Positions 19,401-26,023 of a stretch of 64,000 nt of DNA are shown here, in pieces (the first letter of the stretch is position 1; the number at the start of each line of letters is the position of its first letter). The stretch comes from a virus: positions 32,001-96,000 of IMG/VR virus record IMGVR_UViG_3300036651_001908; one strand, written 5' to 3'. A model generated the notes under the pieces. That model did no database searches and was not told the origin of the DNA. It worked only from the letters and a program-made list of their open reading frames with translations. A program made the translations under genes and the position numbers.

Positions 19401-20547
19401 CGTCGTTCATCTGACTACCGGTGAGTACATCCGGTTCCGTAACAGCGATCACACCAGCACCGATCAGTCGCAGTGGGACCAGATCCGCTTCCGGCTCTCC
19501 GGTTCCGATCACGAGGCCAGCCTGTCTCGGGTGGAGGCCGTGCTCAATCAGATGGGCCTGGACATGTCCGGGGCCGAGCCTGAGCACACGGAGGACATCT
19601 ACTGGAAGGAGATGTTCAATGCTCTGATCGGCAGCAGTCAGCAGATTCCGGCTGCTCAGAAGCAGGTTCTCGAAGACATGGCGCAACTCCGGAATGACCT
19701 CATGACGGAGCATGGTGTCTCGTACGACGGGATTGCGGACAAGCACCTGATCGAAGCCATTGCGGCGTCGAAGACGGTTGTTCCGGATCAGCATCAGTTC
19801 TGGCACGACAAGGCGGTGCAGGCATTCGGCCAGAAGAAGGTCGATGAGTGGCTGGCTGCGGAGAAGCACCTGCCGCAGTTCCAGCACTTTGATCTGGCCA
19901 ACCCGGAGAAGACGACCGGTCACGCTTTCTGGAACCGGCTCGACTTCACCCTGGAGCAGATCCTGGCGAAGCAGACGCTGCTTGGTCAGGGCACCATGGG
20001 TAAGGACAAGTCGTTGGCCAACTTCATCAAGTCCGGTAACTCGATCAGCACCGAGGAGCGCTTGCGCATGCTTGGTGTATTCGGTCACGGTATCTCGAAG
20101 GAGTCCGACCAGCCCAAGGGTGGTGCCAACTACGTCTTCGCCCGTACCGCCTATGACAAGGCGAAGTACGAAGGGGCTGCGGGCTTCGGTCCGCACGTCA
20201 TCTACTGGAACCCGGCGCTGTTCTTGCAGACCGGAACCAAGGGGTTCAACTACGACGCGTACGGCGAGCAGGACTCTCTATATAGAGCACAGGCCGACAT
20301 CCTGAAGGCACTGCGCCACGGGAACATGGACAACGAGACCGACATCCAGAACGCCATCTCCGTCTTCGACTACATGGAAATCATGATCTTCGATCTGGCA
20401 GAGAACCGCAATGCCGCGATTCAGAAGATGAAGGCGCTCGGACATGCCATACTGCGTGGTGTACCCATCGAGGAGCGGCTGATCATGCGTCAGGACGTAA
20501 ACAAGGCCATGGCGACCGTCATGGCGGCGTGGGGGAAGAACACATGA
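10462..20547 (+). CDS. giant multidomain (polyvalent-type) protein, 3361 aa: GNAT-like, repeated small domains, HipA/PI3-4 kinase-like, possible C-terminal ART-like domain
   Basis: Single 10-kb ORF with AGGAG RBS; GTAGFAV...GARRLDAFDTVLPGIYAKVGY (about 12640-13045); YIFKP...AEIEAAA...DWAIDNNDGHGDNLL...GIDKGRAF (about 17700-18125); STEER...GGANYVFAR...NE (about 20040-20340). Confidence 0.85.
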   Translation: MALSDLDPYEEILLLSLGMRHVRTLQGAEFFHLPLGAFITPEEIEAATAANGGDLAQDAAEAAQDAAEAQSDEIADKAEAAQDAQAKAANAASKIAKFKFKGVPPGALGTKSEAEKSAAAYAKNPSATIFKNLPSHHPYNLPADHPRHLAPPASEAAALALDHQHHLVSGNPDTQFQPHPSTLTGPNEFSVGPMKYNVPAGSRMFQPKGMPNVRILITPDETVHAFTHVGEVDVPMDLQQAFADVLPPGAKSNDLYQTKNFDVAAPVTSDLKAHIQNTHDTKAAARYAAALVQSDHANTAAAAASPPAKGAPPVEPPAAMTPEEAGQHASITGALMHAHPGAELVNGDGETEFIKQPDGTWKHALFNATVDESVVQKLVTSGELHIKGAAPGLTHDFKGMSKEQWLAFLNKAPVGAKFQIDGKDMVKGEDKTWNGIPAEKMGTLRLIANNYEDGTGPAIPKKEAPASPYSAPQEAWKESPVPTGPDQITAAQIQVGDKVNGDPVTKTFKTETPGRVRVVTRSEAGMLQEHSWLKTTQIGVERANHGLSFDEKYPNANNGKPNTGKSMNDFTNTPGGGTAGQGLNTPKKADAGSVEKPAAATPPPKNENLAKPEYQPFVAPKESNVGSEAGAGAGGNQPASGNAQPAGSGNVPAHDGGNGNANAGSTGGSSEAVAGQQHPDGNGAGPGVIPPEIVKGELPHSPAVQALAAKGLVTPQMVELHADKGAQFFQDAISRLKENNPYAAAVYVHPVDEYKNMRLFVTQDGTAGFAVDGNNAVSLFISPKSPHKGGSVAMLTMQTELGARRLDAFDTVLPGIYAKVGYVPSARVKWDDNYAPDGWDKNTFKPWNNGEPDVVFMVHDPAHSDGTYHPGEGKVFASYDQAEAFTKKAALNPSLVNPANTTPGEVHHQPGEVLSHQDLKSLPPGHTVEHTPSGVQYTSQGQGQFLSHKSNGVGDVGLMKTAADAGKMAYHSKTSGAAPAPEKAPEPPAATEVPKAPAAPPAAPAPEKKSGPAMKKAEQLTKGDKIATGTVFGVDHINAPKGKVHVYYHNHKGVMQKGEWNKSTLIGYEAPKAATPAPEKAPEPAGSGGGAAQPPTPPEAPAAPSGGNAEGSGSSDSKQLWENGPQFSTQDIQAAHDALKNAGAFQVSYGFKSIPSNPLASHQAELKAEAKKQFPTMQPKAAVVKLLHNQLSPEQKAESKAEEVAKIHIGAKEPKPTQQGFNGGDYTADEIRHAIQALEADNGKLVKSILNKAGSPLGELSPITLPEVGFNKDKTITKQKFIDHLKSLLPKETGPKKVTVRPEKDITTGTIGTPLEKDGRFVAPPKAAPKKVTVRPEKDITTGTVGTPLEKDGRFKAKEKLPHQPGDLLTGEQVKALPDGHVIAWHTHDGATHPDVQHTGIKAGDKVNNDHGTQNNVSTLAIVANSHDPNSASVMNKHGVHYVGGPGATKLDVSKYKNEFSKAEEPKLPTALENFDKPEDTGHGLQPGDHVDQAAFDKLVPGDQIKTYPGGTVYYTLMPGGQSFESSLSGSLFDKEEMNPTAYTGMEFKGHDASHDAVTPSATPAASEAEMQTHDQAVAQTQEFTPATQDQINNAGVGSQMILHSVNGTEYPFTMGTNGQWHNPQMGEFSPDQIDASKGHFEMTKELKKLPTGDPKTVEEMHAFPEKTQFTYHAASGTIYDAAKSTSGTVQIAGLGNYTPEGVKDQITAGKFHVEHIPTPDAHPLSPAEVAALGVGSRVFYSGGFGRVLERKPDGMWQSPGGQDVGDVTGIGTAPIYLVSEADKGDPANIGYSPEILDAKPNSVVTYADGAVAKKMAYAWNLYNSDGESGGTLNPAVVAQDVADGHATLTHTPTEAQPFAPGKYISNGKAAMHVLPDGTGVYVASTGTTSKLSKANVLKNHDAGMSNYLGANHPVPEIAPKESKAPGAVTKAAVAVPTSKDIPDGNYYLKSKAGDSILVTANGQQVAKNGENIGDLKKLKLAFNKGQILDLNGTSITPVGYSGGVSLLDTPTTIPALLDLQKYLDQHPDLFKTPYWYGVTDNLSAAGFPLSLSAFVKAYNETAGPGMAATTGHYFMQDAPADVKEAMANFFSQSVANLLAKVDTAIPDANTSALFDWTTNGQAKPPLQLVSIPKISSSTDPATLNAYVKQITEALGAQKIFNLTGMTKYAKMDWINAVKKGNFAHAYDLEVASHSNKGKVHPSGYLHPGYEGNAATNKIQWGPAVEGEVPAGVPVEGNWTSIGVAASTEELQNYLIAAHMQHPEHLTLAQQRSWVTYHRTGDKQATDQLSAMAAVKAQNGDPQISPTPVWTDNVQPAKSYAVWFDKGPFPTENDIYNGLTDAPAEYLKDNAGNAELQKSWDAWSSPYKNNYTSLQDMAHGGSWGTQKKFLTDHFTRLREEAAAEEAKPKFSLVKEIAQGQHPAYLVEDHGNQYIFKPVDPGKDYRAEIEAAALQLGALWGFTEPTASVQSLPTASGEPMFGGQVGLLQSLIPNVGNMNFADGPVDIASLHPKQLGQIAAEHVLDWAIDNNDGHGDNLLMTPDGNIVGIDKGRAFAAFGTWDGLNGPGMNYQAETIASKLFMLAKAGVLTQEQMDGAYKAALKAANKIFKSPDASAVSIIAKGLANRPHYQQGPGSKEAVIQAFLDRKHGIVDDINKLWTGIYAKSGLTKPEPPVKALNEDLQSGFHEPDLSAAIQDKAVWGVTTFHASPDIKKGSVLIWQEKNSNGDPVAKGLFAVNKYAEGKLLSWLDGHLSTDTSGSYASAQSLANFPNMEPFRKALSTAGREVSDHLESGNPSPEVMQKFQETKDQLLADAQFGDTLPVTAGQGTDPIKFPSGNAVDPGALGQYRAALTHYLDAAYEVEQAQKEQRKTEKSLFGIYHPIAAKTTPATYLNPEKGLAYTELTTGDFITNMGVVVPASQLPDGAKEGLNGWTAINGAQQSSGLTVVKEHAGDLAGALKEGGLKEQSDTFSTAGHNGSEYVVHLTTGEYIRFRNSDHTSTDQSQWDQIRFRLSGSDHEASLSRVEAVLNQMGLDMSGAEPEHTEDIYWKEMFNALIGSSQQIPAAQKQVLEDMAQLRNDLMTEHGVSYDGIADKHLIEAIAASKTVVPDQHQFWHDKAVQAFGQKKVDEWLAAEKHLPQFQHFDLANPEKTTGHAFWNRLDFTLEQILAKQTLLGQGTMGKDKSLANFIKSGNSISTEERLRMLGVFGHGISKESDQPKGGANYVFARTAYDKAKYEGAAGFGPHVIYWNPALFLQTGTKGFNYDAYGEQDSLYRAQADILKALRHGNMDNETDIQNAISVFDYMEIMIFDLAENRNAAIQKMKALGHAILRGVPIEERLIMRQDVNKAMATVMAAWGKNT
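12332..12526 (+). CDS. nested (+1 frame) 64-aa overprinted protein inside the giant gene
   Basis: AAGGAG at 12322-12327; G/C-ending codon bias moves into this frame for the length of the ORF; TAGTGT at 12237 upstream. Confidence 0.7.
   Translation: MSDQKPEQEQVETNLQAGTLSPQDRETFLHMMAGTATPTPDQLVDLQKQWPDSNILMAMGLGLG
14344..14526 (+). repeat. duplicated 27-aa unit PKKVTVRPEKDITTGT(I/V)GTPLEKDGRF
   Basis: Two near-identical copies (14344-14424, 14446-14526) within the giant protein. Confidence 0.9.
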
Positions 20548-20849
20548 ACATCCAAGGTGACCCTCGGGTCGAAGTGAAGCGGGTCTTCCCCTACGGGGCT
20601 CAGGCGGCGACGGAGAATCCGAATCAGCCGGACTTCAAGATCGTGGATGTCCAGGTCAAGCAGGCCGCGGATGGTGAATGGATCATGGGCGGCTGGGCCT
20701 ACCCGAACAAGATGATGACCTTCGAACTCGCGGACGCCACCGAGACACCCCGAGGCTGGATCGTCTACAAGGGCAGCGTCCGCTACCTGCTCACCCCGCT
20801 GAGCCAGCAAGTGGGGCAAGCGCTCTACGCGGAGATTGAGGCGATCTGA
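20544..20849 (+). CDS. small hypothetical protein coupled to the giant gene
   Basis: ATGA overlap with giant-gene stop. Confidence 0.75.
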   Translation: MNIQGDPRVEVKRVFPYGAQAATENPNQPDFKIVDVQVKQAADGEWIMGGWAYPNKMMTFELADATETPRGWIVYKGSVRYLLTPLSQQVGQALYAEIEAI

Positions 20850-21133
20850 TGGCGCTCTATCTGATCCACTGCAAGCCCAATGGTGAGCCGGTCGGGATCT
20901 GGGACGACACCGGAGACCACGTCTACGCCGATCCGAAGTACGAGACCCGGGGGCAGTTGACCTTCGACTCCCGTGGGTCGAAGAACCCGTGGTCCTCCTT
21001 CGTGGACGGACTCAGTCGGGGCACGCCGCACGCTTCGCTGTGGCAGTCCGATGACACCCCGCTGGACAAGGGACAGGCGCTTGATCAGGCCCGGAGCCAG
21101 TACCAGGGGCTCAACAAACCTCCGCTCCGATAG
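20849..21133 (+). CDS. small hypothetical protein
   Basis: TGATG coupling; typical codon bias. Confidence 0.75.
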   Translation: MALYLIHCKPNGEPVGIWDDTGDHVYADPKYETRGQLTFDSRGSKNPWSSFVDGLSRGTPHASLWQSDDTPLDKGQALDQARSQYQGLNKPPLR

Positions 21134-21144
21134 TACAAGTCGAA

Positions 21145-22683
21145 ATGACTGATGTAGCGGAAGTTGATGTTGACAACTCGCGCCCCCGCCTGAGTGGGGG
21201 TGGTGAGGGCCTTCTGCGCCCGGACTTCGGGTTCGCCGCAGCCGCCGCATCTCTACTGGGATGCGACCTCTCCCACTGGAACGGTGCCGTTGACATCGCG
21301 AAACTGGGCGCCCAGTTCGTCATCCTCAAGTTGGGGGGCTCGGATTCGGGCCGCTACACCGACCGGATGTACTCCACTTGGGCTCCCGAGGTTCGTGCCG
21401 CGAAGAAGCACCTCGGGCACTATTGGTTCAACGGAGCCGGTGACCCCGTTGCGGACGCCCGGTACTTCGTCGCGAACCTCTCGCACTACCAGGACGAGGA
21501 TCTTCTTGTTCTAGACATTGAGTCGGAGATTCCGGGTACGCCATGGACTCCGTCGCATGCTCTGGCATGGTTCAAGGAGGTCCGGGCGCTGAAGCCGAAG
21601 GCTCGGCTCGTGGCCTACATGTCGTCCTCCGTGACGACTGCTTTCGATTGGTCCGAGGTCGTCAAGTTCGGTGTCGAACTCTGGGTCGCGAACTACGGAG
21701 CCAACACCGGGAGCAAGCCGTCGGGCACCCCGGTCGTCGGGCACTGGAAGAACTGGATCATCTGGCAGTACACCAGCGTCGGTCGCATCGCGGGTGTCCC
21801 CGGTGCGGTGGACCTCAACTTCGCACACCCCAGCCTCTTCGCTCCGCTTCCTGCTCCGACGCCGGTTCCCAAGCCGGTTCCCAAGCCTGTCCCCGCTGTG
21901 CCTACCAAGGCCGAGGGCACAGCCATTCAGGAGTGGGCCAAGCACGGTGGCTACACGGGTCCGATCGATGGTGACCCGCAGAAGTACACCTGGACGGCCT
22001 GCCAGGTCCTGCTCAAGAAGGACTGGGGCTACACCGGCATCGAGGACGGCGTTCCGGGCACCCTCACTTACGAGGCGTTCGAGCGTTTGGCCAAGGCTAA
22101 GGGCGGCTACACCGGCTCGGTGACCAATGGTGTGCCCGACGCTGCCCTCTGGGCTGCGGTCGCTAAGGCTGTCACCCCGGCCCCTGCGCATGTTCCTGCC
22201 CCGGTTCCTGCGCCCGCACCTGCTCCGGCCCCCAAGCCGATCCCAGCCCCTACTCCTACCCCGGCGCCTGTTCCCGCTCCGGTTCCCCCCAAGGATGACG
22301 CCATGCAGACCATTTACTCCCGTACCTTCGCTCCGAATCAGCCTGTCAAGCCCGCTGAATGGACCACCGTCGAACTGGACGGGAAGGGTGTCTTCTCCTT
22401 CATCATCGCCAATGAGGATGGGAACTACGACATCAACGCGTCGTTCCAGTTCGCAGGCATCCCGGTGGGAGACAGCGCGCAGGCACGTCTAGCGATCGTG
22501 GACGCCAACGGCAAGGTGCTGCACCAGACGCCGGTGGTGGAGTTCGCGGGCACGCCCGGCAGCACCTTCGCTGCCCTCGGGCGCTTCGTCGCACTGAAGA
22601 AGGGCGAACGTCTTCGCGTGCAGGTCGCGGCCTTCACGCCGGGCGTGGTCCTGGCCCGCGGCGACGTGCAGTGGCACTCCTAG
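21145..22683 (+). CDS. endolysin: GH25 muramidase + peptidoglycan-binding repeats + C-terminal beta domain
   Basis: GCDLSHWNG, LVLDIES, IWQYTSVGRIAGVPGAVDLN (GH25); GYTGPIDG/GYTGIEDG repeats; Pro-Ala linkers. Confidence 0.9.
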   Translation: MTDVAEVDVDNSRPRLSGGGEGLLRPDFGFAAAAASLLGCDLSHWNGAVDIAKLGAQFVILKLGGSDSGRYTDRMYSTWAPEVRAAKKHLGHYWFNGAGDPVADARYFVANLSHYQDEDLLVLDIESEIPGTPWTPSHALAWFKEVRALKPKARLVAYMSSSVTTAFDWSEVVKFGVELWVANYGANTGSKPSGTPVVGHWKNWIIWQYTSVGRIAGVPGAVDLNFAHPSLFAPLPAPTPVPKPVPKPVPAVPTKAEGTAIQEWAKHGGYTGPIDGDPQKYTWTACQVLLKKDWGYTGIEDGVPGTLTYEAFERLAKAKGGYTGSVTNGVPDAALWAAVAKAVTPAPAHVPAPVPAPAPAPAPKPIPAPTPTPAPVPAPVPPKDDAMQTIYSRTFAPNQPVKPAEWTTVELDGKGVFSFIIANEDGNYDINASFQFAGIPVGDSAQARLAIVDANGKVLHQTPVVEFAGTPGSTFAALGRFVALKKGERLRVQVAAFTPGVVLARGDVQWHS

Positions 22684-22847
22684 TCCCAGTCGGTTGACCG
22701 GATCTGTCGCTTCGCGATACGGCGCTGCCGCTTCGCAGCGGAGTGCTTCGCCCACGCTAGGTACTTGTGCGTGTGCGAGACGTAGCGCCTGCACATCTTG
22801 CAGAAGGCGTCGTGCTCGTCTTGCTTCTCGTCCCTGTGTCCCATCAT
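22680..22847 (-). CDS. 55-aa basic protein (below ORF-track cutoff)
   Basis: MMGHRDEKQDEHDAFCKMCRRYVSHTHKYLAWAKHSAAKRQRRIAKRQIRSTDWD*; ATGA coupling to the ParB-like gene; stop overlaps the lysin stop. Confidence 0.6.
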   Translation of the reverse strand: MMGHRDEKQDEHDAFCKMCRRYVSHTHKYLAWAKHSAAKRQRRIAKRQIRSTDWD

Positions 22848-23164
22848 GTGCTAGATACTACACCCTCTAGAACAAGAACTCTAGCCTCGATCGTCTCTTG
22901 GCCAGCGAGCATGGCGCGGGTCACCCGATGGTGGCCGTCCTCCAGGTAGTTCTCTCCGCCCCAGACGATGACATGCGGATGAACGTCGCCCCCCACCGGG
23001 GTGGCCACTGGGCCAATGAGGGGCTGGAAGTAGATCCCATCCTGTGTGGCGGTGAGAGTATCGATCCGCACCGACTCCACTGGGACCTCTAGCCATGTCG
23101 CTGAGGTCTTCCCCGACGTGCCCCAGGGGCAGCCGTTCTCTCTGCTGATCACGCGGCGAAACAC
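22844..23164 (-). CDS. ParB/Srx-like N-terminal domain protein
   Basis: VRIDTLTATQ...PHVIVWGGENYLEDGHHRVTRA; GTG start 6 nt after the minus-strand late motif (23171-23179). Confidence 0.8.
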   Translation of the reverse strand: MFRRVISRENGCPWGTSGKTSATWLEVPVESVRIDTLTATQDGIYFQPLIGPVATPVGGDVHPHVIVWGGENYLEDGHHRVTRAMLAGQETIEARVLVLEGVVSST

Positions 23165-23170
23165 GTTTCT

Positions 23171-23209
23171 ACTATCGGGATAGAACTGGATTCCGAGTCT
23201 GCCGATAGT
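23171..23209. promoter_or_regulatory. back-to-back late promoter motifs
   Basis: ACTATCGGG (CCCGATAGT on - strand, 23171-23179) and GCCGATAGT (+, 23201-23209), each 6-7 nt from a start codon. Confidence 0.75.
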
Positions 23210-23216
23210 ACGTGTC

Positions 23217-24320
23217 ATGGCTACCGGTCGTGCAATCGTCCCCCCAGTGCGGGGTGAGGGATTCGTAGAACTCGCGCGCTCGCGCAAGGGCCGCGTCTTC
23301 GAAAAGCAGATCCTCAATTACGGGGACCTGCTCTACCCGGGTGTCAAGGGTGGCAAGGTCCACATCGATGACGAGTGGGCCGACAAACTCATCACGAACT
23401 TCTCCAACGGAGTCTGCGACATCGTCCAGGTTCCGAAGGCTGGCCCGAATAACGAGCACACCGAAGACCCCGATCGCAACATCGGTGAGGTCATTGGGCT
23501 TGTGAAGCGCAACGGAAAGATTTACGCGCACCTCGATGCTCGTGATGCTGAGGCGGCTGAGAAGTTGGGCAAGACCCTTCTCGGGGCGTCAGCGATGCTG
23601 CACCTCGACTACACCGACACCAAGACGGGATCGAAGGTCGGGCCGACTCTTCTCCACGTCGCGGTCACAAACCGCCCGTATATCACGGGTCTTGAGGACT
23701 TCGAGGAAGTCCTCGCTGCTTCTGCCGATGGTAGTGGCGAAGAGGTCGTCATGCTGACGGCTACGGACAATCAGGAAGGAAGCGTCATGACGCTTGAGGA
23801 ACTTCTTGCTGAGTTGAAGTCTGAGCACGGCATCGACGTTGCCGAACTCCAGACCAAGGCTGAGCAGAGCGAGATGGCCGCAGCCCTCTCCAACAAGATC
23901 GAGACCGAACTCGGTACTGCTGGCGTGCTCACGCTGAGCAATGGCGAGAAGGCAACCGCAGACGAACTCATCAACGCCATCGGAGAGGCCGGTCAGAAGA
24001 TCGTCTCCCTCTCCTCGCGGGTGGACGAGTTGGTCGAGAAGGGTGCCAAGGACGCGGCGGCCTCTCGGGTCGAGGGTCTGGTCCGTAGCGGCCACATCCT
24101 CCCGAAGAACAAGGACGCCCAGATCGAACTTCTGCTCTCGAACAGCGACCTGTTCGAGAAGTTGCTTCCCGAGAAGCCTCTCGTGAAGTTGTCCAACAAC
24201 GAGGAGGACGGCGAAGCCGGATTCCACGTCGAGGACGACCAGCAGAAGCAGACCGTCGAGGCCGAAGTTGCTCGTCTGACCCAGGTGGCAGACCAGCAGC
24301 GCGGGTTCGTTCGTTCCTGA
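23217..24320 (+). CDS. capsid maturation protease (Mu gpI-like) fused to scaffold
   Basis: GASAMLHLDY...GPTLLHVAVTNRPYITGL then coiled-coil; internal AGGAAG-ATG at 23787 may give a separate scaffold. Confidence 0.8.
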   Translation: MATGRAIVPPVRGEGFVELARSRKGRVFEKQILNYGDLLYPGVKGGKVHIDDEWADKLITNFSNGVCDIVQVPKAGPNNEHTEDPDRNIGEVIGLVKRNGKIYAHLDARDAEAAEKLGKTLLGASAMLHLDYTDTKTGSKVGPTLLHVAVTNRPYITGLEDFEEVLAASADGSGEEVVMLTATDNQEGSVMTLEELLAELKSEHGIDVAELQTKAEQSEMAAALSNKIETELGTAGVLTLSNGEKATADELINAIGEAGQKIVSLSSRVDELVEKGAKDAAASRVEGLVRSGHILPKNKDAQIELLLSNSDLFEKLLPEKPLVKLSNNEEDGEAGFHVEDDQQKQTVEAEVARLTQVADQQRGFVRS

Positions 24321-24360
24321 CCTCAACTCAACTCCCCAGATCAGATTTTAGGAGGGCACC

Positions 24361-24795
24361 ATGACGAACTCTCTCGGGTTCTTCACGCAGTACCCCGGTA
24401 ACGCAATTCCGGGTGCAGGCTTCACCAGTGGCAACAACTTCGTTGACGACGAGTTGCTGTTCTCCACGCACAACTACATCCAGAAGGGTGTGACGCTGGA
24501 GCCCGGAAACGGAGTTCTCCCGCTCGGCACCATCCTGGCTCGTCGTACCGACACCAAGCGCTACGTCGCGTACAACTCGGGCGGCTCCAACGGCACCAAC
24601 GTCGCGCTGGGCATCCTGCGCAACACGGTGGACACCGGGACCGACTCGTCTGCCAACGCCCAGATCTGGCAGGCGAACATCCTCTACTCCGGCCTGCTCA
24701 AGTACTCCGCGGTCTCCGCGGCGAACTCGGGCGTCTCGCTGACCTCGGTGCTGAACGCCACGGTCAACACGACCGCGGGGTTCTTCAAGTTCTGA
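24361..24795 (+). CDS. head decoration protein (lambda gpD-like)
   Basis: GVLPLGTILAR...YVAY...ALGIL motif, directly upstream of MCP. Confidence 0.8.
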   Translation: MTNSLGFFTQYPGNAIPGAGFTSGNNFVDDELLFSTHNYIQKGVTLEPGNGVLPLGTILARRTDTKRYVAYNSGGSNGTNVALGILRNTVDTGTDSSANAQIWQANILYSGLLKYSAVSAANSGVSLTSVLNATVNTTAGFFKF

Positions 24796-24804
24796 TTCTG
24801 ACAT

Positions 24805-24958
24805 CGGGAAGTTGACGGTGCGGCAGGGCGCAATCCCTGCCAATCCGTGAGCGGCCCGAAAGCCACTCAATAGACCAGCCAAGTGACTCCTTTCGCGGGA
24901 GGGCGCAGGTCGGACACCACGGTGTCGCTGACATCAACCCCATCTATCCGAAAGGAAA
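24805..24958 (+). ncRNA. candidate structured RNA leader of the major capsid gene
   Basis: Several stacked hairpins, including GGCAGGG/CCCTGCC, GACAC/GTGTC and TCC-GAAA-GGA over the RBS. Confidence 0.4.
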
Positions 24959-24964
24959 GTCGAG

Positions 24965-26008
24965 ATGTCCGTCATTTCGCTTCTCCAGCCCGTCGTACTG
25001 ATGGGCGTGATTCAGAAGTTCACGACGCCGGAGAATCTGACGCTGCTGAACTCCGTTCAGAAGACCCCGTGGCCGTTCCCCACGGCCCAGTGGGAGGTCA
25101 TCCGCGGTTCGCGCGCCATCGCGCGGCCCAACGTCCCGAACTCCGAGGCGCACGTCGTGCCCCGGCTCGGTCGCGAGAGCCAGTCGGCTGCCTTCATCTA
25201 CCTCCGGGAGAAGAAGGTCTTCGAGCCGACCACGCTCCACTGGCTGCGCCAGGCTGCGAACAACACGTCCGAACTCGCCAAGGTCAACGCTGAGGCTGCT
25301 GTTCTTCGCGAGATTCAGGACCTCAACACACGGTTCGACAACTTCGCGGAGTTCCTGCTCTGGCAGTCCCTGACGGGCCAGATCACCCTGGACTACCCGG
25401 ACGTGCAGGCGAGCGTGAACTACAAGTTCCTCTCGACGCACAAGCCGAGGGTCGTCGCCTCCTGGGCTTCCGCGACCGCCATCCAGATCATGTCGGACAT
25501 CCGCGCCATCAAGCGCCTCATCCGCCGTGATGGCCGCGTCCAGGCCCAGGTCGCGTACGCGACTGAGCCCACCCTGGCGTACATCTTCAACGCCTTCGCC
25601 AACACCGGCACCCAGCCCGGAACGCTGCTGAGCGACCGCATGAAGGACATGTACTACAGCAACGGCACGCTGCCGGGGTTCATGGGCCTCGACTGGCAGG
25701 TTCAGGAGAACGTGTACGACGCCACCGGCGCCGCCTACACGGCCAACCCGACCAACCCCGGCCAGGAGCAGATGTTCCTCCCGGACAACGCTCTCGTCGT
25801 CGCCAACCTCCAGGACAACCGTCCGTTCGAACTCATCCAGGGCCCGACGGCCGACGATGAGGCCCCGGACGGGTTCACCGGCAAGTACGCGAAGACCTGG
25901 CAGGAGAAGGACCCCTCGGCCCGTCAGTACCTGCTGGAGTGGAACGTGCTCCCGATCATCACGCGCCCCGAGCAGATCGTCTACGTCGCGGATGTCACCG
26001 CTCCGTGA
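24965..26008 (+). CDS. major capsid protein (lambda gpE-like)
   Basis: 347 aa, very strong codon bias, EFLLWQSLTGQI, KTWQEKDPSAR...LPII; after decoration gene, before terminator. Confidence 0.88.
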   Translation: MSVISLLQPVVLMGVIQKFTTPENLTLLNSVQKTPWPFPTAQWEVIRGSRAIARPNVPNSEAHVVPRLGRESQSAAFIYLREKKVFEPTTLHWLRQAANNTSELAKVNAEAAVLREIQDLNTRFDNFAEFLLWQSLTGQITLDYPDVQASVNYKFLSTHKPRVVASWASATAIQIMSDIRAIKRLIRRDGRVQAQVAYATEPTLAYIFNAFANTGTQPGTLLSDRMKDMYYSNGTLPGFMGLDWQVQENVYDATGAAYTANPTNPGQEQMFLPDNALVVANLQDNRPFELIQGPTADDEAPDGFTGKYAKTWQEKDPSARQYLLEWNVLPIITRPEQIVYVADVTAP

Positions 26009-26023
26009 GCATGATGCTCTAGT

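Noticed and set aside
5295-20196. Long minus-strand ORFs (e.g. 5295-6812, 7459-9015, 13300-15273, 15274-17016)
   Set aside because: Antisense shadows of GC-rich + strand genes; no RBS, no motifs.
22844-23164. ParABS partition system implying a plasmid prophage
   Set aside because: No ParA, no HTH/dimerisation domain, and expression appears late.
24796-24964. tRNA or known riboswitch in the capsid leader
   Set aside because: No cloverleaf/T-loop, and I could not match a known aptamer consensus; kept only as an unknown structured RNA.
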